Both the position numbers and the translations under genes were made by a program. A DNA stretch of 64,000 bases from Blepharisma stoltei ATCC 30299 (taxonomy: Eukaryota; Protista; Ciliophora): assembly GCA_965603825.1 (NCBI GenBank), contig CBFDEM010000036.1, positions 62,001 to 126,000 on the forward strand, written 5' to 3'. The notes under the pieces are model-generated. The model saw only the letters and a program-made list of their open reading frames with translations. It ran no database searches and was not told the origin of the DNA. Position 1 is the stretch's first letter; every line of letters starts with the position of its first letter. Below, one piece after another: positions 38,670-51,634 of the stretch.

Positions 38670-41213
38670 ATGAAAAGTGTTTGCTGCTCTTTTTGTTCTT
38701 TAGACGCAATCTTTATATCAGATCGTGACAATTTAAAAGCATGCCCAAAGCATAAATCTAAAGTTCATGAGCCAAAACGAATAAAAATCCCAATCAACAA
38801 AGAATCCAAAAAAATCTTATACAATTTTGCCCATACATTAAAGAAGAGATTTAATGCCCGACTTGATGGTTTAATTGAAGAAAGCAAAATAAATCAGAAT
38901 AATGAAAAATACGTGGAAGAACTAAGCTTGATGGATAAGGCTTTGCATGACTGCAATCGTTTCGTAATTCATTTTTTGGAGAAGCAATTTGTTGAGACGA
39001 AGCTCATTTTAAGTCCCTTTGATTATTTTTTAACTCAGCCAAAGGAAAAAGCACAACAATACATAGAAAAGCTTGGAGACCAGAATGATTTATTAAGATT
39101 ATATCGATCAGTTAAAATACATTCATTTGATTTCAATTATTTTAAATTTGAAGATTCAAAATTTATTCATGGCTGGGTTTATAAGTCTTCTTACAATCTG
39201 CACGATCATCTATTGGATTTCTGAGTTAGAATATTTTTAGATTTTATCAAAATAGAAGAATATGAAATGGCATACGAATGATATCAAAATTTGAAAAGTG
39301 ATTTAGAATTATATGGAAATACTTCGGATATGATTAAACGTATTTTAGTTTTATTTGGTGAAATTTTTGAAAAAAAAATTATACAAAAACAAGATTATTT
39401 TCAGCTCGAAAAACAATGAAAACAATTATTAATAAAAAATATTGTTGGTAATTTATCAAACAAATTTGTTGATAATCCATTTAAAAATATAAAGTTTTTG
39501 GGATGTTTATTTTCGAATATGACAACTATAAATCCTATCGATTTGTTGAAATATTTATTTTCGAATATGACATCTATAAATCCTATAGATTGCTTAGTAT
39601 ATTTATTTTGTGATCTAGTGCTTCATATGGCGTCTAAAGACAGTAATGCTTTTAAAATTTACTCTAAAATCTCTCTTATTGCAGAATGCTTTTCTCAATT
39701 TCATTCTAATTTGATTGCAAATAGAATTAACCAAGAGCTAGGATTGCTCTATTATGGCAATAAAAACTATCACGAAGCAATAGAACATTTTAAGAAATCA
39801 ATTGATTATCATAAAGAGCGCCTGCGAAAAGACTCATGGGACAATAAGGAGTTGGTCTGAGATGAATCCTTAAGCTATTTAATTGAAGCCTATCGTTGTT
39901 TAGTAAAAGCACATAGTGCGCTAAAAAATAATAAAGAGATTATAAGAATTCTAAAACTAGTTGAATCTGAATGTTCAGAAACTAAAGATAAACTTCTTTA
40001 CGACGCAACAACTGGAGAGATTTATTATTATCTCAATGATTTTGATAAAGCCTATAAAATAATATGAAAATGCATTAAAATATGTAAACAGAAAAAGTTT
40101 ATAAATTCGTATGAATTATCAAATTTACGGCTTTTATTAGCAGACATTTATGTCTGAAGAGGCGATTTTAAAAAAGCACACGAATCTCTTTGTGAAGCTA
40201 AATCTTTCTACAGCATTTTACCTATAGCAGATCCAAATGAGCAAGAAATGTATAAAACATTTGGAGTATTCTATTTAAATAGGCAGTGATATGATGATGC
40301 TCTAATAAACTTTGGAAAAATAACAGATAGATGACCTAGTCATGAGCTGTTATTTGCCAAGTTTTCTATGGGAATTGCTTATTTTTGAAAACTGGATTAT
40401 CAAAATGCACGGGATTTTTTAAATGAAGCAAAAAGCATGATGTCTAGTTATACTGAAAGTAATAAAAATGAGCTATTTATTGCAAATGCATACCTTGGAG
40501 CATTATTCTATCTTCAAGGCAATTTAGAAGATGCTGATAAATATTTTTCTGAAGCATTTGAATTTATTGATTACTATGATATTTTAAATATTGATATATT
40601 TCTAAAATCCCAAAGATTTGTTTTTAATTATTTTTATGGGAAAAATGACTATGAAAAATGTGGGGTTATTTTGTTGAGATTTAAAGAAATATTAGAAAAT
40701 TACAATCATCTGAAATTTAGAATGCCTTTATATTTTATTCAACTAGCAGAGCTGCATATAGTTTTAAATGAAAAGGAGCAAGCAAAAGAGCGTTTATGTG
40801 AAGCTGAAAAGTTATTGAATATAGACAAAATTTTTATTATTTCCAAAAAATCTATAAAAATCAATGACCTAGATTGTATAAGTGACTATATAGATATTGC
40901 CAAAATTTATATTTATTTATTTAATATTTCTGATGAAAGTCTTAGAAAGGCAGAAAAAATTTTAAAATACGCTGAAGATGTTGTTAGCGAAAAGAGACGC
41001 AATGATCAATTTTCAAAACTAGATGTCTATATATTGCTTGGTGATCTATATTTTAAAACGCAAAGATATAAAAAGTCAAAACGTTATTTTAGCAAGGCAT
41101 TAGATTTCCAGGAAAAAATTAACCATAACTTAAACGCAGTGAGAGTTCTTAATCAATTATTATTTGAGATTGATGAAATATTGGCTAGAAAGGTTAGAAT
41201 ACATATCTATTAA
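38670..41213 (+). CDS. ZnF-TPR family protein, subfamily A, intact (847 aa)
   Basis: ORFs 38670, 39498 and 40437 are in one frame linked by TGA and end in TAA. Close paralog of 32316. Confidence 0.88.
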
Positions 41214-41394
41214 TAATAATATTAATTTTACCATATTTGCATCGAATAGCCCTAATATATAAGAATTATATGATTTTTCGTTTTTATTTCTAATAATGAA
41301 TAAAAATATATATTAAAACTCGTTGCAAATTCTATTTATAAAAGATCAGATTTTAATTTTATTTTAAAGAATAGATTTAACTGCAGATATGTCT

Positions 41395-43016
41395 AGATTG
41401 GCATGAATTGTTTTGCATCAATTAAAAATTCTCATGCTTTGTCAATATTCAGCATTCAAAAATAAACTATTCTCATAGAAAACTTAGCAAAAACAAACAG
41501 CTCATGATTAGATCATCTATCTGTTATTTTTCCAAAGTATATTAGAGCATCATCATAGCACTGCCTATTTAAATAGAATACTCCAAATGTTTTATACATT
41601 TCTTGCTCACTTGGATCTGCTATAGGTAAAATGCTGTAGAAAGATTTAGCTTCACAAAGAGATTCGTGTGCTTTTTTAAAATCGCCTCTTCAGACATAAA
41701 TATCTGCTAATAAAAGTCGTAAATTTGATAATTCGTACGAGTTTATAGACTTTTTCTGTTTACATATTTTAATGCATTTTCATATTATTTTATAGGCTTT
41801 ATTAAAATCACTCAGAAAATAATAAATCTCTCCAATTGTTGCGTCGTAAAGAAGTTTATCTTTAGTTTCTGAACATTCAGATTTAACTAGTTTTAGAATT
41901 CTTATAATCTCTTTAATATTTTTTAGGGCACTATGTGCTTTTGCTAAGATCAATGCCTTAATATACCATAAGTGTTTTCGGAGGCGCTCTTTATGATAAT
42001 TAATCGATTTCATAAAATGTTCTATTGCTTCGTGATAGTTTTTATTGCCATAATGGAGCAATCCTAGCTCTTGGTGAATTCTATTTCCAGTATTTTTAGA
42101 ATAAAATTGAGAAAAGTATTCTGCAATATGAGAGATTTTAGAGTAATTTTTAAAAGCATTACTGTCTATAGATGTCATATGAAGCGCTATATCCAAAAAT
42201 AAATATATCAAAAAATCTAAAATTTTATATGGATTATGGGTTAATAATACTTGAGGTAATTTTTTTCATTGTTCTTCGAGCTGAGAGTAATCTTCTTTTT
42301 TTATCAGTTTTTGTTTTTAAGAGTTTATCAAATAAAACTGAAATAAATTTAGCATTAATTGAAGAGTTGCCATAAAATTCTAAATAACTTTTGAAATTTT
42401 GATATCATTCATATGCCATCTCGTATTCCGCTATTTTAATAAAATCCAAAAATACTATAAATGAGAAATCCAATAGATGATCGTGCAGATTGTAAGAGGA
42501 CTTATAAACCCAGCCATGAATAAATTTTTTATCTTCAAATTTAAAATAATTGAAATCAAATAAATGTGTTTTAACTGATCGACATAATCCTGATAAACTA
42601 TTCTGGTCTCCAAGTTTTTCTATGTATTGTTGTGCTTTTTCCTTTGGCTGAGTTAAAAAATATTCAAAAGGACTTAAAATGAGTTTTATTTCAACAGACT
42701 TCTTCTTCAACAAATGCATTACGAAAATACTGCAGCCATGCAAAGCATTATGCACTAATCTTAGTTTCTTCTGGTATTTTTCATTATTTTTATTTATTGT
42801 GCTTTTTTCAATTAAATCATCAAATCGGGCCCTAAATTTCTTCTTTAATATGCCTATAAAACTCAAAAAGATCTCTTTGGATTCTTCGATTATTGGTATT
42901 TTAATTCGTTTTAGCTTATGCCCTATAGCTTTATGCTTTGGGCATGCTTTAAGATTGCCACAATCAGATATAAAAATTGCATCTAAAGGGCAAAAAGAGC
43001 AGCAAGCACTTTTCAT
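41395..43016 (-). pseudogene. ZnF-TPR family copy, inverted and 3'-truncated against the 38670 copy's 3' flank
   Basis: Homology runs to ...FLIDAKQF, then fuses to the downstream flank of the + copy. It has a 14-codon deletion at ~41950. Confidence 0.78.
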
Positions 43017-43169
43017 GTTATTATTTTATTTTTATATCTTTCTTTAAATAAATTATGAATAAATTTACCTAGAAAGCAATTAAATAAATTACTAAAAGCA
43101 GAGAAATGTAGGCTGAGTATATCTACGCATGATCAGAAAGGATGGGTTGTGAATTAAGTGACATGTTGG

Positions 43170-43432
43170 AGAATCCTCCCATAATTTTCATCTCCTTTGT
43201 TTAAGCTTTCATTATTATAAATCATCTTGCCAGGATATAAATAGCTTTTTTAGCTTGGCTATGAAGCTTATGCAAATTTATCTGGATTCATTGTTAATTG
43301 GGATTTTTATACGTTTTAGTTCACGTCCTTGGATTTTATTGGAAAATAGCGCCTTGAGCATGCTTTATTTTGATTGCAACTGGATTTAAAGATTGCGTCT
43401 AGAAGGCAACAAGAGCAGCTTTTTATTTTCAT
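43170..43432 (-). pseudogene. ZnF-TPR family 5' fragment
   Basis: MKIKSCSCCLLDAIFKSSC..KAC, then frameshifts. It has its own upstream module at ~43.45-43.95 kb. Confidence 0.7.
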
Positions 43433-44161
43433 GGTTTATGCTAATATTTTATATGCTGTATTAAATAAAAATTTTAACAATGAGGGAAAATTTAACTATA
43501 TATAGAAGCAGCTTAAGAAAAGCACTCAGAAAGCAGCGAAATATATAAAATAAAGCCTGCAAAGGTCATTGTCCATCTGCCTGTGCCTAGTAGAGCAATA
43601 GAGGATAGGAAAAGAGTATTATGAGATTTAATGGCATCTTGAGGAAAAAGAATAAAAATAGCTCATGTGAGATATCTTAATAATATTTTCTATTCTATTG
43701 GGCATAAGGAAATTATATTGGCACATGCATTTGCAAAATTTAAGATGGGCAAAGCAAATTGAGAGCCCTTGAACTGAAAGATTAGAATAAAGAGGAAATT
43801 AGAAATAGCGGACAATAAAGCTATAAAATTGGATTTGCAAAGGGATATTTGTAAGAAGAGAAAATGATAAAGGAAAATAGGAGAGAAATTATCAATGAAG
43901 GACAGATTCATAAGAGTAAAAAAGCAAGTAACCTGATTTACATATTGAATTATCTGATATAACTTTAATTTTAAAATATATTTTTGGTCATTTTTCGAAT
44001 GCAATTAATCAAAAGCTTTATTTCTTTAAATAATTTGTATAAATTTATGATATTTCTTTCCATCTCCTGTGAATAATTTATGCCAATCTAATCAACTACA
44101 TGCTATATATCTGGGCAGCTAAATCCATTCTGCAAATTAAAATTGAAATCTGTTATAAATC

Positions 44162-44254
44162 ATTTTAAGTGAAAGAATGGCCCTTGACGTCACTAGTCGG
44201 GCTAAGTCCCTATCTTTGGGGATAGCACCCGACACCTTGAAAACCGAATTTTAA
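44162..44254. mobile_element. 86-bp GC-rich hairpin insertion with ATTTTAA direct repeats (short IES/MITE-like)
   Basis: ATTTTAA at 44162 and 44248. Absent from the paralogous 3' flank at ~53575. Internal stem gtcggg...cccgac. Confidence 0.7.
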
Positions 44255-44422
44255 TAAATAGAATTGACATCGAATTTTAATATAAATTTTTCCTTTATTA
44301 TCAGAAATTAAAAAGAAAAATCATATAATGCTTATATATTAGGGTTATTCGCAACAAATCTAAGTAAAATATTTTTATTATTAATTCGCTTTGGATTTCT
44401 AGCATAAATTTCCAATATTTTT

Positions 44423-47400
44423 CTAAAAATCTAATATCTTGGAATAGCAACGTAAGCACTTTGTATATTGTTGCATTTTAGAATATAGAATAATAAGCAA
44501 GTAATAAATATAAAGCTTGTAGTATTTTTGATTGCGTCTTTTTTTATCAACAACCACTTTAGTGTATTTTAAAATTGTTTCTGCCTTTTGAAGATTTTCA
44601 TCAAACATATTATATGAATAAATATAAATTTTAGCAAGCTCTATATAGTCACTTATACAATCTAGGTCTTTGATTTTTATAGATTTTTTAGAAAATAATA
44701 AAATTTTGTTTATATTCAATAACTTTTCAGCTTCACTCAAGCACTCTTCTGCTTCTTTTTTTTCATTTCAAGCTATATACAACTCTGCTCATTGAATAAA
44801 ATATAAAGGCATTCTAAATTTTAGATGATTGTTATTTTCTAATATTTCATTTAATTTCAACAAAATAGCTTCACATTTTTCATAGTCAGATTTTGTATAA
44901 AAATAATTAAAGACAAACCTTTGGGATTTTAGGAACATATCAATATTTAAAATGTCATAGTAATCAATGAACTCAAATGCTTCAGAAAAGTATTTATCTA
45001 AGTCTTCTATTTTGTGTTGAAGATAGCATAATTCTCCAAGGTACGCATTAACAATAAATAGCTCATTTTTATAACTTTCAATATAGCCATACATCATTTC
45101 TTTAGCTTCATTTAGGAATTTCCATGCTTCTTCATAATACAGCTTCCAAAAATAAGCAATTCCAGTAGAAAACTTACCAAATAGCATCTCATGATTAGAT
45201 CATTTATTTATTGTTATTCATCGAAGGTACCAGAGAGCCTCATTATATCACTGCCTATTTAAATATAATACTCCTAATGCTTTATGAATGTTTAGGTCGC
45301 AGCCTGGGTCTGCTAGATTTAGCATGTTGAAGAAAAATTTAACTTGACAAAGAGATTGATGTGCTTTTGTAAAATCACCTTTTCAGACATAAATATCTGC
45401 TAATAAAAACCATAATTTTCGTATTTCGTAGCGGGATTTTCTTATAAATTTTATTTGCTTAGATTTTTTAATGCATTTCCATGTTTTTTTAAGGGCTTTA
45501 TCAAAATCATTGAGAAGATAATAAATCTCTCCAACCGTTGCATGGTATAGAATTTTGTCTTTAGTTGCTGAGCATTCTGATTTGACTATTTTTAGAATTC
45601 TTAAAACCTCGTTATTATTTTTTAGGGCACTATGTGCTTTTGCTAAACAAAGAGAGTGTTCAATTAAACATTCTAGCTCACACTTTATAATTTGAATTTG
45701 TTTTCTATCAATGGTAAAAAATTATTTAAAAGCACTCTAAAATAATTGAAAGCATTTCAATCAAAATAAGATATAATGTAAAATGAATATCAAGGTTAAT
45801 GAGAACACTGTAAAACTCCCTTGAAAGGGCAGAAAAGCTATGAAAATAAAAATATCAACTTAGGATTGGGCAAGTGAAAAGAAACTTGAAGATGAAGAAA
45901 GCACTAAAAAATTTGAAAAAGACCAGAAATTTTTATATTTTATCAGAAATTTTATTCTTTTATAAAACTCATATTTTATCCTTTTTATCAGAGTAATTTT
46001 AAATTGATTAGAAACATTAAATTAAGATCTTTTATCAAGCATATCAAATTATTTATAGATATAAGAGAAACGCTTTTAATAATAAATTTATATTTTTTTG
46101 TTTAGAGTAAGGAGTCATCTAAGATACTCATCTCGTTCAGCAATGATTTTTTTTGGAAGCGCTCTATATGATAATTAATCGATTTTATAAAATGCTCTAT
46201 TGATTTCCTATAATTTTTATTGGAATAATAGAAATTTCCTAGTACTTGGCTAAGTCTACTTGCAAGATTTTTAGAACAAAATTGAGAAATGTATTCTATA
46301 AAATAGGAAACTTCAAGGTAAAATTCAAGCATATTAGTTTCTTTTGGCATAATATGAAGCGCATTATTCAAATATAAATATACCGAAAATTCTATATCTT
46401 CAAATAAATTAATTAAATTTTCGAATGATTCATAAATAGGTATTTTGATTAATAGGGATTATTTTTTTTTTTTAAAATCTATATATAGATTTGATACTAG
46501 AAAATATGGCATCTACTATTGAATAAATTGAACCTGATACAGCCTTAAAGAAAACTGCAATTGTTTTGGCAGACACAGCAATTGATTATTCAGTTTATTC
46601 TAAATGCTCTAGGAAACTTTTAGAAAATTGTGAGACAGCTTTACAGCTGATATCTGCAGCCTTAAATCAACTCTACTACTCCATGTTGAAGAAATGCTCA
46701 GAATTAGCCTACTACAAGCTTAGAACTATGCATGCAACCAAGATCACTACTTATCATCAGATTTTGGAAATTAGAGCAAAATACCAATAGGAACTCAAAA
46801 TTCAGCACCAGAAATGCAAAAATTTTATCAGAAATTAAATCTTTTATTTTATCGGGAAAAATGAATTGAGATAAGACTGAGATCTTTTATCAGAAAATTA
46901 ATTTAAGATCAGACTCAGACCTATTTTATCAGAAAACTAATTATAGATCAGATTTAGATCAAAATTGGAATATTCAAAATATTTTACAAGTTTGAAAAAT
47001 TGAAGAGAAGAAATAAAGAATTATACGTTTTACACGTTTTAAGGATTTTACAAAATAAATCAAAACATTCTTTAACGTTTTGAAATGAAGAATAGCTAAA
47101 AAATTCTTTATAGCCTTTGAGACTTTTACATACTTCATACGCCATCTCAAATTCAAACATATAAATATAATACAAAAGCAATCCATAATAGAAATCTGAT
47201 AGACGATCGTGCTGATTATATGTGGTCTTATTACCCCAGTCATGAATACATTCTTGATCTTCAAAATTTAAATAATTGAAATCAAATCCATATACTTTAA
47301 CTGATCGACAAAGTTCTAATAGATCAGTCTGCTCCCAATGATGCTTCGTGTATTGTTGTGCTTGTTCCTTTGGCTGAATCAAAAAATATTCAAAAGGACT

Positions 47401-47754
47401 TAAAATGAATTTTAACGCAACAAATTTTTTCTTCACCAAAGTCATAACGATACTATTGCAGTCATTCAAGGCATGATTTACTCAGTTTAGTTTCTCCTTA
47501 TAGTTTTTATTATCCTTGTTTTTAGAGTTTTCTTCAATTAATTTATCAATTCGGACCATAAATTCATTCTTTAATGTGAGAATAAAATCGAATAAGATCT
47601 TTTTGGATTCTTCGTTGATTGGGATCTTTATTCGTTTTAGCTTATTCCCTTGAGCTTTATAAGAAAAGTAATGCTCTGGGCATGCTTTAAACTGGCCACA
47701 ATCAGATATAAAGATTGCGCTTAAGATGCAACAAGAGCAGTAAACAATTGCCAT
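44423..47754 (-). CDS. ZnF-TPR family copy, subfamily A, carrying two IES-like elements; one in-frame TAA (46459-46461)
   Basis: After removing 46482-47025 and 45674-46109 all segments are in one frame. The single TAA follows an A12 run. It ends at TAG where paralogs have CAG. Confidence 0.7.
45674..46109. mobile_element. IES-like element, 434 bp, TA-bounded, homologous to 5078-5519
   Basis: On the minus strand: gac tcc tTA[...gagcTA]gaa tgt tta att gaa. Removal restores the frame. Internal blocks (tcatcttcaagtt; attttcatagctttt) are shared with the 440-bp element. Confidence 0.85.
46482..47025. mobile_element. IES-like element, ~540 bp, TATA direct repeats
   Basis: Removal gives KTCKTYIDF, aligning with paralog KNKKIDS. 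The boundary register is ambiguous within (TA)4 at 46480-46487. It contains a ~39-bp tandem repeat at ~46880-46960. Confidence 0.72.
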
Positions 47755-47889
47755 GCTTAATATTTTTATTTTTATATATTATTTTAAGTAAAGTTATGAT
47801 AATGTGGTCGAATTTATCTACCTGGAAGCAGCTGAAGAAAATCACTAAGCATGGGGTATTTATTTACCTTTCTACAAATAAATTTCCTA

Positions 47890-48150
47890 ATATTTAATTA
47901 ATATCAATAATCTTAATCTTTAATTAATTTAGATCTCTCACTGCGTTTAAGTTATGCATAAATTTCTTATGCAAGTTTACTGATAGCCGACTATACTCCT
48001 TGGCTTTTCCCAATTTTTGCTTCTCAAACATAGAATCCTAAGATAACTAATAGGGAAAATTGATCATTACTTCTCTTGGCTTTACTATCTTTGTAGAGTA
48101 ATATAAAGTTTGGTAAGGTCTATATACTGTTACTTATACAATCGAAATTA
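47890..48150 (-). pseudogene. ZnF-TPR family 3' fragment
   Basis: cataagaaatttatgcataacttaaacgcagtgagagatct matches the family C-terminus. Degenerate. Confidence 0.6.
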
Positions 48151-48622
48151 TAGAATCTACATATTTTTGAATAAAAGCAATTTGATATATGAAATTTTAA
48201 ATTGAGCCAAAAGAAAAGCACTAGAATAAACAGATTGCTTTATAGATCATTAAGATTGATATTATTTTCATAGATTTTAAGAATGACTTCTATTATTATT
48301 TCAAATTTTAGCATCAAAAAATGCATTTACATTTGAGAAGATGCATTCCGATACCAATAATGTGACTTCAAAGCATGGAGAATTTTTACTCGCTGAAGCT
48401 TCATTTTCAAGGCAGTATTTTTCAAGCAATAATCTGTTCACCCGAGAAGAATTATTTCTTATAGAAGTTACCAATCGAAATGTTTCATAGCCTTCTGGGT
48501 TAAAACGCACAAATAGAAGCATCTAATACTTAGTGATTATTTATCCAAGCTAATTTTTAAATCTCATATGCATTTTCTATCAAATTATAGAATTTCATTT
48601 CTAATTGAAATTTTTAAGAATT

Positions 48623-50979
48623 ATGGAAAACTCCAGATGCTTTTTTGACTCTTTTGATGCATTTTACCTATGCAGTTGCGGGCTTTATTTATGCATAAAG
48701 CATTATTTTTCTCATAAAAAAGAATTTCAAGACCACAATATAGAGCGTATTAAGATCCCTATAAACAATGAGTCAAGGAAAATCCTTATAAATTTGTTTC
48801 TGACTATAAAGCAAAATTTCGCTAATTATACCAATCAATGATTTAAATTATCACATAAAAAAGGAAATGCAGAAAACTATGAAAAATTTTTAATATTTTT
48901 TAACTGGATTTATCAAGAGTGCAGTAGACTCATTTTAATTCTTATGAAAAAGAGATTCATTTCAAAGCAGCTTTTTTATTATCCTCCAATAAAGTATTTT
49001 TTAATTAATCCACCTTGTATAGCAGCGCAGTATGCTGAAATTTTAAAATTTCCTGAAGCTATACCAAAATATCTATCTGACTTTTATCATTCAAATATTC
49101 ATAATCTTCTCTTTAAATTCAATTATTTCAAATTTGAAAATCAAAAATACATAAGTTACTGAAGCTACGATGATTTAGGGCTCAAAAATGATTTTCATAG
49201 TTTACTCTTAATGGTATTTTTAGATTACATTTTAAAGTCTGAATATGAAATGGCCTATGAAATAATTCAGAATATACTCAATATTCAAGAATTTTATAAA
49301 ACGAATCATTTATTTATTAGTTTTTGAGAATCCATATCAAGCATCATCGGTAAATTAATAGAGCAAAAATCTTATCCTGGCCTGCAAGAAAAATTTTTTG
49401 ATCTAGAAATTAATATTTCTCATTCAAATAGCTGAGTTTTAGGATTTTATTCAATATTTTCAAATTTATTTCAAAGCATGAAATATTATAGCCTTGCTTA
49501 TTATTGTCTTGAGAAACTTGAAGTGTATTTTTTGAATTTGAACTTAATGTCGAAAGTAATTGATCTAATATTGATTTAGGAATCTTGCACTATAATAATG
49601 AGGAGTATAAAAAAGCAAAAACAAATTATAAGAAAGCAATTATATTATTAACAGAATTTTCTCAAGATAAATCTGATATTATTAGGCAAGCTATTTGCTG
49701 TTTCGAGTTATCAAAAATTTATTCTAGAACTGGAAAATTTAAAAAAATAAAGATGATACTTGAGATTATAAAAATTATGAAACCTTGCTTTGATAATAAA
49801 GCTTATTTTTATGAAATTATTGGGTCGATTTATTTAGAACTTTCAGATTTCAGAAACTCAACTAAGAATTTTTGGAAATCTATAAAAATATGCAATAAAA
49901 CCAAAAGCAGTATGTTTATGCTATATTTCAATTTATTTCAAGCTTATTATTTACTAAAAAGAGACATGAAAACAGCTCTCAAGATGATTACTAATGCAAA
50001 ATCTTGTTTAGGCCTCTTACTTCTGAGCCATACATATTACAAGACTGCGTATTTTGCTCTTATAAACGTTTATTATAATATGCATTTATATGAAGACGCT
50101 CTAGAATGCTATGAAAGAATAAAAAATTACTGCACAAGCTTTGAATTGCGAAATATAAAATTTATAGTTGGGGATATTTATTTATGAAAGGAAAATTATG
50201 ATAAAGCATTAGAAATTTTTACTGAGATCAAAGAGCATTTACTAACCTTGCCTGAAGCCAATAATAGTTTGCTATTTGTTGTAAGCGCATTTATCGGAGA
50301 ATTGCTTTACAGAAAAGGAAACATGGAGGGTGCTTTTAATTCCTTCTCAAACTGTTTCAGAATAATCTACTCTTATAAACATTCTGAAGTTAATGATAAC
50401 TTGCTCCCATTCTATAAGGTTTTTCAATTTTTCTTAAAAATATCTGATTATGAGAAATGTGAGATAATTGTATCTCAAGCAATTAAATTATTAGAAAATA
50501 AGGTCCACAGAAAGGATGACTTGGCTCTATTTCTAATCCTTAAGGCGAAAATACTTATATTTAAGAAATTGATACAAGAAGCAGAGCTCTGCTTAATAAA
50601 TGCAGAAGAAATATTAAACTTAGAAAAAATTATATCTTGTCAACATAGAAATCTCGACCCTAATCGTATAAATCAAAGTCTAATTTGGACAGGAATTACA
50701 GAAGTTTACATTAATTTAAATAAAGATGAATATTATTTAAAGGCAGAAAAGACTTTAAAATATTTAGAAGCAAGCTATAGTGTAAGCCATTTAGACGATT
50801 GAAGTAATATAGCAAATATGTACGCATTATTTGGAATTCTATATTGCAGGCAAGAAAAGTGAAACGAGTCCAAGAAATTCCTTGAAAAAGTACTAGATAT
50901 AAGCAGGAAGCATAGAGGCTGCTATGATAATGATGAATTCATAAAAAAGTTATATATGAGCATAGATGATGCTAGCTAA
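48623..50979 (+). CDS. ZnF-TPR family protein, divergent subfamily B; one 1-nt frameshift at ~49568
   Basis: MENSRCFFDSFDAFYLCSCGLYLCIKHYFSH...IERIKIP, FNYFKFE, EYEMAYE. Otherwise open through TGA codons to TAA 50977. Confidence 0.75.
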
Positions 50980-51179
50980 GTTAAAAGCCAAGATAGATAA
51001 AATACTTTTAAGCATTTTGTGTTAAATAATAACCAAAAATAATAAAACATCTTACTAAAATCAGGTTTATAGTTAAAAATTGATAAATATGCCATCAATA
51101 GAATTTTGCAGCATTATCACGCTTATTGAAAATAAAATATCTGTGTTATAAAGAATATCACTAAGAATTTTTATTCGCT

Positions 51180-51507
51180 GAAGCTCTATGCAAAAACATC
51201 AGTATATGACTGCAATCATGCAAAGCCTGACTTATTAAGCTAGTTTTTCCTTATATTGTTCAAAATCCTCGGTTTTTGAGCTTTTGCTAATTAAATTATC
51301 AATTTGGGACTTTAATTTCTTCTTTAATGTGACTATAAAATTGCATAAGATCTCTTTGGATTCGACATTGTTTGGAAGATTTATTCGTTTTAGCTTATAC
51401 CCTTGAGCTTCATCAGAAAGATAATGCTTTGGGCAGGCTTTAAACTGGCAACAATCAGATATAAAGGTCGCGTCTAAGACACAACAAAAGTTGCTACCTT
51501 TTGCCAT
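51180..51507 (-). pseudogene. ZnF-TPR subfamily A 5' fragment (recent duplicate of the 56231 copy)
   Basis: Near-identical N-terminus to 56231. Frameshift at ~51240, then homology ends. Confidence 0.75.
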
Positions 51508-51634
51508 GCTTGTATTTTATTTTTATATGTCTTATTTTAAAGAAAATTATGACTATATGGGCGAATTTAGCTACTTGAAGCAGCTTAAAAGAAATCGTTA
51601 ACAAAAATCTGATTTTATTGAAAGTTATTTCCTG

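Noticed and set aside
46475-46492. 18-bp palindrome aaatctatatatagattt at an IES boundary
   Set aside because: Mostly a (TA)4 run in AT-rich DNA and not seen at other boundaries. Noted only as the source of boundary ambiguity.
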